From Mactra antiquata (taxonomy: Eukaryota), in the NCBI GenBank assembly GCA_047288015.1, contig CM103819.1, positions 32,689,354 through 32,753,353 of the forward strand: a DNA stretch of 64,000 nucleotides, read 5' to 3'. Below, piece by piece: positions 33,675 through 45,388 of this stretch. The notes under the pieces are model-generated. The model was not told where the DNA came from, made no database searches, and was given only the letters and a program-made list of their open reading frames with translations. Each line of letters opens with the position of its first letter. The stretch's first letter is position 1. The position numbers and the translations under genes are program-made.

Positions 33675-36600
33675 CAGTACTCGGATCGTGCAAGTTGTCA
33701 TACGGAACGGACGATACACGCATCAAATTCACGATACACGATTATGATACACGCTAAACGCGATTGTTCGGATTCCTCGGCTTTTTTCACCTGTCGAAAA
33801 CGTTTATTCGACGATGACTTATACATTTTATGCGTCACGGATGTAAATTAAAAACCCAAGATTAATTTTTATTTTTAACACCTAAACTGTCGAATCTGTG
33901 TTGAATAATATTTCATTAAAGATCATTGGAAGGGTGTAAAAAATATCAAAAAAACTATTAAAATGCATAGATAAGGGTTCAATTAAATGGTTTTCGAAAA
34001 AAGCTAAGAAATATGTCCACCCGTTGGTTTAAAAAACGCCTCCAAAACCTGATCAATCATGCTATTTTGCTTGAAATTTCTGCCGCTAGGTGGCGCCGCT
34101 ATTATTAGCGATGACGTAGATCCTACCGTTTAATCAATAACGATGAACTTCTGCGAGCAATATAACGATATAAATGCATTACTTTTTGTGACAAAATGAA
34201 CCGAATTTTGCGTATTTTTTATAGGGAATAGTGGTGACGATATTGTTAAATGGTCGATAATGTTGTAGCGTCGATTTAGCGTCTTATTTAATGATTAGTT
34301 CTATCCTAATTGTAGTTTGAACCCTAACTTCGTGCTAATTATTTTACCAGGCATTGGTTTGAACATTTGATCAACACAGCAGAATTATAAAAATAGTAGG
34401 TATTCTTAGGAAACAAAAAAGAAAAATATTTTGTCAATTTAACCATTCGTCTTTGATATTGCCTTAAAATATCCATGAATTGACAAAATCGATAATATTC
34501 GTACAAAAAGCACGGTAGAAAAAAATGCGTCTCTGAGACGGTGTATTTCTACTACAAATAGCCTTCGATGAATTGCACAGTTTTATGATGGTGATTCGTA
34601 AAATGTGTTAAGAATATATTTTCACTGGGTTATACTAATCACGTATATTGTTTGACCTAGTAGTTTTATCTTACCGCTTGTCGTATGTCAAAATGTGTAC
34701 TAAAAACGCCGACAGGAAATGGTGGTCAATATCACACGTGAGGGTGGTACACAGATTGTCACGTAGTAATTAATTTCACTATCAAGATTAAATCATAACT
34801 TAATGTACATATATAAACCGTGGACACCCTTATATAGGGTCCTTGTATAAACACAGCAATCAGTCAATCGAAACAATGCTAGTGTCATGGTGTTTTACCA
34901 GATATAACGGCCTTGTGCACTAACAATGAATTGATTGACAATTAATGGGCGGAGTTAACAAATTATAAAAGCGTCCAATCAGATGAAATGATATTATTAA
35001 ATAGTAACGCCGATAGCAAATTTATAATGTAATAATTCTATCAACAGTTTGAAAATACATGTGTCGCTGAATTCGGCACTTGATTTAAGCCGCACTTAAT
35101 TTATGTCGCATGCCACTTGCCACTGACGAAACCTAGTTGTTTGTTTGTCAGTTCACGGACCCTATATAAACCTCAGGGTCAGTTATAAAGTTTGCAATCG
35201 TTTTCAAACTGTTTTATTTTATAGTAATGTTCTTATGATTTGTAAATAAATTTCAGACGTTTATTTAAATAGATGGATAAGTGATCGAAACTAATTTTGA
35301 ATATATTACGACAGTATAATCATGTCAGGGATTTTATATAACATCCATGAACCATGTCTACTTTCAACTTGTACTTTTATTCTTCCATACATAATTAACA
35401 TGGTTCTAATTCAACTTATATAACTTCAGGTCAAGTAAAATACATAAATGCGAAATACATGCAATCACTGGTGCATAAACTTGTTAATAATTACTGATTG
35501 ACATCAGCGGAAATTGGTGACATCCGGACATTTATTACTATACATAAAGATAAAATCTGTTGTACAATATTTGCCGCTGTGAAATCAATATTGACCACGG
35601 GGGGGGGGGGGGGGGGGACTTTTTAACTTGCTTATTATAGATTAATGTACCATTATACAAAATTGATTATATTTTAATCCATTCGATGATTGATGTGCAA
35701 GTGGTTTGTTATTTGTTTGCATCATAAATGTTGAAACTTTGTGACCAGCGTGGGACATTATTAATGTTATTTTTGTGCAATTAAAGTCGTTAAACACGGC
35801 ATGCGTGATTAAATGTTGAAAATATACAGTTTACTTTTTAATCTGTTGAAGAAAAAACATTGTTATAAAACTGCATATGATCATAATTAAACGAAGTAAA
35901 ATAGACGGCAACATTGACAGAGATGCATTTTATCTTCAATACGGTAGGATCTACGTCATCAGGTCACGTGACCCGCTTTCGCTGTACATTCTTATCTGTG
36001 CTATGTAAAGTCGTTTTTTGCAATAACGGTACATTTTGGGACAAAATTAGTTACACCATGTAATTGTTAGCCCCAGATTCTATTTATATGGAAAAAATGA
36101 TGGCTAGCCTTCCCATGACCTTTAAGTTTAATTACTTGTCCCGTTTAAGTATTGTATTTATAGTACTGACAGTTAATTTTAGTTTGTTTACCGATTTTTC
36201 GACTTTTAACATAACTGTTTTAGTGGTTCAAAATATAGGAATAAAACTTTTTTCAGAGGGTACGACATAAATTAATGATCATTAAATATCAGTTGTCTTT
36301 ACCCTTTATTTCAACCAACCTTGCATAGCATTGTGCATATTAATTAATCGATACAGCATCAAGACAAAATTATACACGTATGACGTCACGCATCCTGGGT
36401 CAGTAGATGTGTTGAAAGTAGACTGGAGTCACAAAGTCTAGGTCACTTGTGCTTTGTTTTCATAACTGACGAATATACAACCCGATTTTCGGAAAATACA
36501 CAGTGTTACTAGGGATAGATCTTTCCAAAATCTCACTCACGAAACCATGTAATTGACGAGCATAACAGACGATTTAACACAAATTTTCGGCTTGAATCGA

Positions 36601-36948
36601 GTACGATTATTATTGATATAAAACTCAATAACCACAGACCTGGAAATATATCAAATTTAATTGATAGCCATGAAATAATTAACTATGATCTTACTTGTTT
36701 ATAAATCTAGCTATGTCTGAGTATTTGACGCAAACACGGTTGATTTATCTCGTACACACGATACACGATAGAAAATACGTAATCACAATATCTCGGACCA
36801 TCTTTTTAAGGTGAAATTTCACGATGAACGATACACGATGCACGATTCAAATACACGGTACGAACGATACACACACGTTGTGAATGATACACGCACGATG
36901 CACGCACGATACACGCAAATTTCGGTAACTTGCACGATCCGAGTACTG
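33675..36948. mobile_element. Non-autonomous Tc1/mariner-like DNA transposon (3274 bp). 22-bp perfect TIRs CAGTACTCGGATCGTGCAAGTT, flanked by TA on both sides, subterminal CGATACACG direct repeats; no transposase ORF
   Basis: Left end TA|CAGTACTCGGATCGTGCAAGTT at 33675. Right end AACTTGCACGATCCGAGTACTG|TA ending at 36948. More than 10 copies of CGATACACG/CGTGTATCG within ~250 bp of each end. Largest internal ORF is 68 aa. Confidence 0.75.
34111..35960. repeat. Nested 20-bp inverted-repeat pair (GATGACGTAGATCCTACCGT / ACGGTAGGATCTACGTCATC) bounding 1.85 kb inside the Tc1-like element. Contains a G19 homopolymer (35599-35617), palindromes and TATA/CCAAT/GC-box motifs
   Basis: Exact reverse complements at 34111-34130 and 35941-35960. 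GGTCACGTGACC palindrome at 35961-35972. TGACGTCA at ~36381. GGGCGG/TATAAAAG/CCAATCAG at ~34955-34995. CTATATAAACC repeated at ~34810 and ~35158. Confidence 0.6.
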
Positions 36949-37901
36949 TACCCAACACCTTTTCGTATTATTTTTTTACAAATCAACTTGTGGTGGCCTC
37001 GAGTGTGTGCATCTTTGCTTTATTGGTACTTGTCTCTTCTTCCCTCACTTGAAAGTTGAAGATCGTCTTTCAAAATTCTCTTGGCTGCAAGTGGTGAACT
37101 GATAAAATAGTGCCATAACTCTGTATATAATCTGAATATTTAGCAATTTCATGAACTACATGCTATCAAATTTATGTGTGTTGAAGTTTTATTTATTTTT
37201 GTTTTCATTATTCAAATTTTGATGGTGTTTTTAAAAGTAATGAAATCAAAATTTCAAATATACTAAGAGGGGGTCCTATTCCGTCATCCTTAGGAACTAA
37301 ATAAAATAATTAATAATAATGAACACTTAATTGTACACAAAGACAACATTTATTTACTGTGTAAATCATTCATTAAAACATTGTTCCATCAACTTTCAAC
37401 AAGAAACATAAGCAATCATAGTGTAAAGGTCAAACATATAAATGCAGACAATGGTCTCTAGCATGCCAATATTTTGTCACAGCAGAATAAAACTTAAATT
37501 GTATTCACTTGTTCGATGAAAAGCATCCTTTTTTACCATGATGAGAAATATTTAGGTATATTTTAAAAATCATACTTGCACAACAATTTAAAAACAAAGT
37601 CGTCAAAAATCATCCGTTTGCAATGGTGACACATATGCCATAAGTATTAAAGTGTAACTGGTGTAAGTTGGCTCCACCCACAAGATAACTACGCCTAGTT
37701 GTTAGATATGAAAAAATGACAATCCATGTATTAAAATATGTTCCAGGTCTACTTCCTATGCAACAGTTAAATAGTTTGGCAGATGTATGCAGTATGCTAA
37801 GTTTTTGCTGAGGCGAGTCTGAACGAAATGTCTTTTTACTAATGTGAGTTTTACCCTAAGGCTTGTGAATATTTGTATTTGCTTTTTTACTTTGCAGAGT
37901 C

Positions 37902-37998
37902 ATGTGGGCCAATCAGTGGCAAGGTGGTGGTAATGCTGGAGGTGGTGGTGGTTGGCCAATGCAACCAGCAAATTTTCAAGGAATGGCAGCTGATCAAG
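37902..37998 (+). CDS. PNISR: PNISR-like exon 1, coding part (MWANQWQGGGNAGGGGGWPMQPANFQGMAADQ)
   Basis: ATG at 37902 lies 4 nt after an acceptor TTTGCAG (exon starts 37898), implying an upstream 5'UTR exon. Donor CAAG|GTATGA at 37999. Resembles human PNISR MWDQGGQPWQQWP N-terminus. Confidence 0.65.
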
Positions 37999-38086
37999 GT
38001 ATGAGGGAAAACTGATTTGGTACTTAAAGCCAGTTAAGGTCCATACTGTCAAATTTGAGTAGTTGTCTAGGATACTATATGTATGC

Positions 38087-38397
38087 AGAGATGTAAGTCT
38101 TCTGAGTATTTCCGGAATTCCGGGTTTTTGATGTGCCGAAAAAAAAATTTGGGGTGGAAAAGTTGCGAGGATGAACGGAGAAGCCAATCTGTAGATAAGA
38201 CGCCTAAGTGAAGGGGAGTAACACATTTACGGACCAGTACGGGGCTTATAGCCTCCGTTTGGTAAAAGAGCTTTTCATTGGTCGATTAGTGGATATTTTG
38301 ACTAACCAAAATGATTGATAAATTTGGGTTTAGGTGGCTTCCATGACTTCCAACCAATATCAGGGTTTTTTGTCCCGTCCCACTTACATCTCTGTGT
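38087..38397. mobile_element. Possible small MITE in PNISR intron 1 (13-bp TIR CAGAGATGTAAGT)
   Basis: TGCAGAGATGTAAGTC at 38085 and ACTTACATCTCTG at 38385. Internal CpG-containing unique sequence. Weak: short TIR, no clear TSD. Confidence 0.3.
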
Positions 38398-38664
38398 TTG
38401 TCTTTCAATAAAAATTTTGAACCGTAAGGTAGTAGTAATTCTGCTATAATCACTTTTTTCCATGGCAGCTGATTTAGTCCTAATTTCAGATTTCAATTTT
38501 CATTGGTCCACTAAATTTTGTTTTTACTACAGGACTATTTCAACCAACACATGGTTGAATGAGCTGCTTAGTTTAAAATTAATTGTTGCAGAATTAAGCA
38601 GATATCTGTATGTTTGTTTTCCAATGTATTCATTATTAATATTTTTTATCTATTTATTCCACAG

Positions 38665-38847
38665 TTGACTGGGCTGCCCTTGCAAAACAATGGATAGCTC
38701 AGAAAGAAGCAGTAAACACCATACAAGGTGAACAGCCGCCACATCAACCTCCTCCTCCACAAATTCCAGAGATTTCAAGTGGACCACATGGTGATGGCAT
38801 GGATTTATGTAATGATGAAATGCCAGGTCCCCCACAAAATAATGGTG
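38665..38847 (+). CDS. PNISR: PNISR-like exon 2 (VDWAALAKQWIAQKEAVNTIQGEQPPHQPPPPQIPEISSGPHGDGMDLCNDEMPGPPQNNGG)
   Basis: Acceptor TTCCACAG, donor G|GTAAGA. Matches human IDWAALAQAWIAQREASGQQ. Phase 1/1. Confidence 0.75.
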
Positions 38848-39192
38848 GTAAGATTTTATGTTTTTTTAGCTTTATTAGTGAAGGTGTGTCTAGAATAGCC
38901 AAATGTATGCTATTAAATTAGGCATTATGATGCTATCATTGGTGATGAGAAAATTCAGTTATAAGTTAAGAGATTGAGTTTTTTTTAATTTCGTTATTTC
39001 TATTTAAGCTGACATAAAGAAACGATTAATAAAATTTTCAATGAAAGTATGACGTTCAAAGCCTTTCTTTCCACGAACAATTCTGCTCCTATGTTAATTA
39101 TGCATGTCACATTTTGTTATTAAAAATATCTTGACTGATTTATCATTCTTGAAGTTTTGTAAGTAGGTTTTATCATTCTTAAAATTCTGTAG

Positions 39193-39293
39193 GTATGTTT
39201 GGAGGACAAGATAACTGGGAATGGGGAGGTAACTCACAGAAATGGGAACCTCCAAACCAAGGATGGGAACAACATCCACCAGCCCCAAATAAG
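39193..39293 (+). CDS. PNISR: PNISR-like exon 3 (GMFGGQDNWEWGGNSQKWEPPNQGWEQHPPAPNK)
   Basis: Acceptor TTCTGTAG, donor AAG|GTGAGT. W/Q/P-rich like the human region MWQPEWGMHQQPPHPPP. Confidence 0.6.
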
Positions 39294-39849
39294 GTGAGTT
39301 ATAGCCTAACTCCATTATATCTAGACTTCATTTAGGGATTAGAATTTAAAGTTTAAGTATATTTCCCATAAATCTAGCTAAAAAATAAGTTTAGAGTCTG
39401 TTTCATTCAAGGCATTGTGATTGTATTGGGCTTTTCATATGAAGTTTATTCATTTGTTTTGTTAGTTGTCTTTTCATGTTTTCATGGGAGAGTTGAATTG
39501 CAGGATTTTTCAGGGTCGTTTTCCAATATAATAGCTGCTGAAATCATGAAGTCGAGGAGTTTCAGTATTATGAAATTTTTTCTCTCTCCCTTGTGTTTAC
39601 ATCATTCACTTCTTTCTTTCTTTGTCAGTGTAAAACATACTGACAGTCACATGGGTGTAAGTTTGCAGTACTGGTTCTGAAGTTCTGGATTTTTTAACCT
39701 TAAAAGGAGTTCTTTTCTTATGTAAAAACTACTGAAATCATGAAATTTGGGAATTTCATATTTTCTAAAATTTTGAACTTACTGATCCAGTCCTGAATTT
39801 GATGGTTAGTTTATAGCAAATTATTTAGAAATTTTTTTTATCTTTAAAG

Positions 39850-39939
39850 GATGAACCACAAGGCTTTGATTACAATCATAGTAGCTTTCAACAATTTGAT
39901 TATAATCATGGTGGTGAATATGATGACTATCAGGAACAG
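39850..39939 (+). CDS. PNISR: PNISR-like exon 4 (DEPQGFDYNHSSFQQFDYNHGGEYDDYQEQ)
   Basis: Acceptor TCTTTAAAG, donor CAG|GTATGT. Resembles human NQFDYQHGAAFGPPQGG. Confidence 0.6.
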
Positions 39940-40436
39940 GTATGTTAATATAATTATATACATGTATATACTGTTATACTGTTTTATATTTTAATGTAGT
40001 CTTAAGATCCAAGTTTATTATACCAGATGTTACAAAGGAGAAAAGGTTCACCTTAACTCTCTGAGTATGCTGTGAAACCTTCCTTAAAAGCCACCTCTCC
40101 GAAAATAGCCACAAATGAACAACAGCTTTATCATGTCACTATGGTCATTCTTTTTTTCTCATAGTAATGACTGTCCATATGACATTCACCTCTCATTTGT
40201 TGCCAGTTTTGCATAGACCTACTAGTGGTTGCTGTAGAGAGGTATCACTGTACTTAGTCTTTAAATTTTGATGTTCTTGTTAGTAGTTTTTGCATAGACC
40301 TGTTAGTGGTTACTGTAGAGATGTATCTCTGTACTTAGTCTTTAAATTTGGATATTTCTGTTAGTAGTTAGTATGATGACTATTAGCAGTTGCAGTGATA
40401 ATAAGTTGTAAAATTTGTTCTAATTTATAATTGCAG

Positions 40437-40481
40437 TATGAAAGTAACCATGGTGATGATAGTGGTGGTTATAGGAAACAG
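40437..40481 (+). CDS. PNISR: PNISR-like exon 5 (YESNHGDDSGGYRKQ)
   Basis: Acceptor TAATTGCAG, donor CAG|GTATTT. 45 nt, in frame between exons 4 and 6. Short exon, moderate confidence. Confidence 0.5.
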
Positions 40482-40884
40482 GTATTTGTTGTGTTTATTC
40501 ATGTATAAGTAGACTGTCATTAATAGTCAAACGACAAATGCTCATCATCCTGGAAGGAGGGTATTTGTCCTATTTGGGGGGGGGTATTCTGTACTATCCA
40601 GGCAGGTGGTATTTTGTCCTATCTAGGGAATGGTATTTCATCATATCCTGGCGAGTTATAATTTGTCATATGTTGGAGGATGGTTGATGGTCACTGTTGT
40701 GACTATGTTCTAATTATGTGTTGCCATGAATTATCTTTTTATTAATTTAATAATTGTATTTCCCTCCTCATTATATGTTCTGATTATTTTATTAACATAT
40801 TATGAAAAGGTTTTATGTTATAGCTTCATAAATTGCTTGATATTTTGTCTCTTTTGTGCTTATTTTGATCATTGACATCAACAG

Positions 40885-41017
40885 GATAAATCAAAGAATT
40901 TTCATGATGGACCACCATGGGGACGTGGTCCACCACATGGTAGGTTTCCACCAAGAGGAGATCACTATCATAGACATGAGAGAGATGAGATGCAAGATAC
41001 AGATGCTATGGTTTTAG
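40885..41017 (+). CDS. PNISR: PNISR-like exon 6 (DKSKNFHDGPPWGRGPPHGRFPPRGDHYHRHERDEMQDTDAMVL)
   Basis: Acceptor CATCAACAG, donor TTAG|GTATTT. P/G/R/H-rich like the human region PPYWQPGPPGPP..RRERPSSFRDRQRS. Confidence 0.55.
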
Positions 41018-41542
41018 GTATTTTCATTTTATGATTCCATTTTCAAGTCACATGGTTGTGCCTTCTTTACTTATAGCTATAGATTTTAACTCGTCATATT
41101 ACAGCATTAATTGCAGTTGATAATAATCTTAATTGTGTAATTAAATTTCTGATACTATTTATATCAAATGCATGTATTTCATTAAACACAAGAATTGCTC
41201 ATAACTTAAGTTAGACCAATCAATATTTGTTAATTGATGGTGATATTTTTACATGACATCTTTCACCTACCCTAAAATTTACTCTATTTGAGTTATTATT
41301 TATGCTTAATTTTAGATATTTTTTCTTTTCCACCAGATACAAGGCAATTATAAATTTTTTCTTTTTCGTGTTTTCCTCATACTGTACATAATGCACCCAA
41401 GTTGATAAAGTTCTGTTCTGTTTTGCTTCTAAGTTGTTTTCAAATAGCATGTAGTATATGAAGGCCAAGATTTTTCCTGGCAATCTTTCGGCAATGCACA
41501 ATCAATGTAAGATAATATTAGTATTATTTACTAATTTTACAG

Positions 41543-41760
41543 ACGCTGCAAAAAGAAAAACTTTACCTGCATGGATAAGGGAGGGACTTGAAAAGATGGA
41601 GAGAGAAAAACAAAAGAAATTAGAGAAAGAACAGAAACAAAAAGAGATTGAGTTAGCCAAGCAAGCTCAGGCTGAGGCCGAGAGACAAGCAGAGGAAAAA
41701 TTAAGGAGAGAAAAGGAAGGCTATGATGCTGGTCCCAGAGTACCGAAAAAGAGCAAATTT
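41543..41760 (+). CDS. PNISR: PNISR-like exon 7 (DAAKRKTLPAWIREGLEKMEREKQKKLEKEQKQKEIELAKQAQAEAERQAEEKLRREKEGYDAGPRVPKKSKF)
   Basis: Acceptor TTTTACAG, donor TTT|GTAAGT. Near-identical to human DAVKRRTLPAWIREGLEKMEREKQKKLEKE...GPRLPQRSKF. Confidence 0.9.
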
Positions 41761-42222
41761 GTAAGTCTTGATTACTAGTCTTCTAAACTATTGTTAAATA
41801 TATTTCTCTTTCGATTTTTTTCAACAGCTAAGCTAGTGGCTTGATATAAATAAAAAAATTAATTTATTTGAAGACAGACTGTGGAGTAAAGATTTGTAAA
41901 GTGGTTGTCAGAAAGCTTTCAGGTGTATGATTTCTTTCCAGTTGCTAATATGGTGTGTAGTTAAGCAAAAGAAAACTGGTTGTCCTTAGCAACTTTGAAC
42001 TGCCTACTTCGTAAGCTGTAAAGAGTTGGTGTTACCCAGCCATTATGACTTGACTGGTAATCTTTTGGATTGCCAGCTCCTCATTGGTTCATATTCCATA
42101 CTGAATGACTAAGAAGTGGGCTTACTGGTGATTAATGTATAAAGCTGTCAGAGCAAGTTTCACAATCAATGTATGATAAACTAGTAGAAATTATTTCAAA
42201 GTGCCCTTTCTTTTCTACACAG

Positions 42223-42417
42223 GACTCAGATGATGATGATGATGATGATGATAATGATGTAGAAGAAAGATCAGTATCACCATCACCTCATCGTAGAAGA
42301 TCAGGGTCAGCACATTCTAGAGGTTCAGTACCTTCCCAGTCACCTGTTAGACGTAAATCTGCTGAGAGGAGAAGTCCTTCACCTGTTAAAACTGAGGAGG
42401 AAAAACAAGCTGAATTT
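42223..42417 (+). CDS. PNISR: PNISR-like exon 8 (DSDDDDDDDDNDVEERSVSPSPHRRRSGSAHSRGSVPSQSPVRRKSAERRSPSPVKTEEEKQAEF)
   Basis: Acceptor CTACACAG, donor TTT|GTAAGT. (GAT)8 poly-Asp tract. Resembles human DSDEEEEDTENVEAASSGKVTRSPSPVPQEEH..EEEKEYQ. Confidence 0.85.
42229..42258 (+). repeat. PNISR: Coding (GAT)n poly-Asp microsatellite in PNISR exon 8; second (GAT/GAC)n tract at 44951-44975 in exon 11
   Basis: GATGATGATGATGATGATGATGATAATGAT. Confidence 0.8.
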
Positions 42418-42899
42418 GTAAGTTAATAAAAAAATACTATAAAACTTATGCAATTGTGTTTCCCACCTCAAAATAACTTAAAGGTCTGTTTATGATAAAA
42501 GTTGAGATATCAGATGCAGTGCTTGGTCTGTCATTTTCCCTCTGTTCACTTCTCTCACTGCTATTTTATAAGCATGATGATTACTACTCATGTATGTTCA
42601 CCTAGAATATTTTTCAGCAACTCACAGGCACAAAGTAATTGGTTTTGTTAATAGTGTGACACAGTCAGCTGAAGTAGATTAGATTTTTTATTATTTAGAA
42701 ATATTGTGTGTTTCAAGTTGGAGAGGACATTATTCTGCACCTGATCTAGGAAACTAAAACTTCCTTTTAATCTATTGTATACTGATAAGTTAAAAGTATT
42801 ACATTCACTTAAGTGTCAATAGATTTGTTTGTAGTTCATAGTTATAAATATCTGGAATGTTTAGTGATGTATCTTAACCTAAAATTTGTTTTATTTCAG

Positions 42900-43011
42900 T
42901 TAATGAAGGTTAGAAGAATGCTGACAGAAGTGTTATTGGAAGTCACAGATAATGAATTATATAATGTTGCTAGGAGTGTTTACAATAGAGCTAAGGCAAA
43001 AAAATCTAAAG
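42900..43011 (+). CDS. PNISR: PNISR-like exon 9 (LMKVRRMLTEVLLEVTDNELYNVARSVYNRAKAKKSK)
   Basis: Acceptor TTATTTCAG, donor AAAG|GTAAGT. Matches human MMLLTKMLLTEILLDVTDEEIYYVAKDAHRKATKA. Confidence 0.85.
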
Positions 43012-44229
43012 GTAAGTCTATTATAGATGCCCACAGAATTAAGTATACTTTTGTGTTCATCATGCTTAATAACAGGTTTGTTTTTGATGATAATGGATGA
43101 ATTTAGAGTACTTTTTCTGGTGTGGGCTTTATTGATAGGTTTTGTGTGATCATAAATTGTTCTCAATATGTAATCAATTTTGGGTCTTACAAAGTGTGAC
43201 AAAATTGTGAAAAGGATTTATGCAATATGAGAGAACCACAGCATCAGTATTGAAGGTGTTTGAATCAACTGTATGAAGTACTTATCTGATAATGTCTTGT
43301 CCAATTTGTGTGCATGCGATGTAGCTTAATTGCTGTATATTCTTGAATCAAGGAAAGACCTTTTTTTGTTTGGATGTATTAAACTTGCTTTAATATCAAA
43401 CTTCTATTTCAGGATTGTTGTATGTTTATTCTATTATGTTGATTATAAATGTTATTTTCAGTGTTTTTCGTCTTGTATTCTGAAATTACCAGCTCTGTTC
43501 CTAGATTTTCTATGTATTTTATATTGAAATTTAACTACATTCTATTTGCAAATATTTTACTACAATTGACTATTTCGAGGAACGCCCTGTATTGTTGAAC
43601 TTGATGTCTTTTATCACTGTGTATATATCATGAAGTTATCTTTGATACCATAAATCATAAATAAATTTACAAACTTTCTATTGGTTTTCCTTTTATCCTT
43701 GTTTGGTGTTAACTGTTATAGAAGGGGGTCCTTTGAATTAGTAATCTGATTTGGGTTGGGTTTTTTCTGTTTAATGAAAATTGTAATTATTTTGATTTGT
43801 GTTAAATTGTTAGTAAATGCTTTGAAATAATGATGGTATTTTTTCACTGAATATACAGTAGTGTTGAGTAATAACTTTAATCAAGTCATTATATTTTATA
43901 GATTTTATTATTGATTGGGGTTTTTCTGTTAAAACTTTACTTCTGTGGAATTTAAACCCGAGAGACTTTTCTATGATACAACTTTTACTACTAATGGTAA
44001 AAAAATGAGGCCCCAGGGAAAATCTAAAAATAAACCCATTCACTTCTTTCAAGCCAAGGTGAGGGCTTGTACTATGAATATGTATGTACAAATTAAACAG
44101 CTTCCATTTTTCAGTAGAAGGATTAGATCTTCCAGATCTGTATTATATTGTATGATAAAAGCCTGGCTGGTTGCAAGGCTAGATTCATGTGTTGAGTATA
44201 TAACTAATGTTGTCTCTTGTATAACAAAG

Positions 44230-44283
44230 CTCCAGCAAGACAACTCGCCAAGTCAACTGCTTTGGCATCAATTACCTCCCTTG
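44230..44283 (+). CDS. PNISR: PNISR-like exon 10 (A-PARQLAKSTALASITSL)
   Basis: Acceptor TATAACAAAG, donor TTG|GTAAGT. Matches human APAKQLAQSSALASLTGL. Phase 1/1. Confidence 0.75.
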
Positions 44284-44936
44284 GTAAGTAATACGTTCTT
44301 TTATTACCATGATCATTGTATCATTTCATTGTATACTTGGTTTATGAGGTCAGGACACTGATGGCTCTGGGACATCCAGACCCCATCTAAGGAGAGTGTG
44401 TTTGTTTCTGATTGGTCATATAAAGTAGTTAGTGAACCCTGCATGTTGAGTGACACTTACAGGCCCCAAAGAGTTTACTGTGTTGTCTCTTGAAATTTAG
44501 CCCAAAAAATGCGAAAATGAAAGAAAAAATATCATAGCCAGTTAGAACTTTCTAAGATGAAGTTCATGATTGGTAACAAACTTACACGGTGCAATGAATG
44601 TTTTGTCTGTATATGAACAAATGAGAGTATTTATTCAAGTTAGTATACTGTTCATGTTCATAGTTTTTTTTTCTCTGAAAAAGAATGGGTTTGTATGGTT
44701 TGATTACTTCTTTATGGCTTAATTGGTATATAAAATGTTTCAATGAAAATGTTGAAGTATTTTTTACTGTGGTTTAATGATTATAGTAATGTTTCCATTT
44801 TTTAATATGTTCAAATTTTGTAGCATGCTTGGTGTTGAGGGTGTCTGGCAAAATCCTAGATGTGTTCAATTTTAGAGCACAAACTTACCTAATGAAAAAT
44901 TTTGGTATAGAAATTAACATTAGAATATTTTGACAG

Positions 44937-45152
44937 GTCTTGGTTATGGAAGTGATAGTGATGATGACGATGATGATGATGCCTATGACAAAACAAAGCG
45001 AGATAGTGATGAAGAATCAAGTAGTTCAGATGATGATGATGGTGATTATGAGATGAAAATTCGTAGAAAACGTGAATCATTTGATCGATTACAACGACGT
45101 CGTCTGGAAGAAATAGAAAGAGAAGAACAGGATATGATTAAACGTAAAAAAC
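44937..45152 (+). CDS. PNISR: PNISR-like exon 11 (GLGYGSDSDDDDDDDAYDKTKRDSDEESSSSDDDDGDYEMKIRRKRESFDRLQRRRLEEIEREEQDMIKRKK)
   Basis: Acceptor TTTTGACAG, donor AC|GTATGT. Resembles human GLGGLGGYGSGDSEDERSDRGSESSDTDDEELRHRIRQKQEAFWRKEKEQ. Confidence 0.75.
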
Positions 45153-45388
45153 GTATGTATGACTTGAACTTGTTCTTTATGTGTACTTAATACTTTTGAA
45201 AAATGATAGGATTTTACTATTGTAATATATTTGATATACTTATTATATATACACCCTGGTTACGAAGTAAGCAGTACAAGTTTGCACATCCTTTTTCTTA
45301 GCATGTTTAGTTATGCGTGTGAAAATGGCATTGTTCTGCCTTCAAGTTAAATAGATCAACCATGTGTATTATCTTTTTTCTCTTTCAG

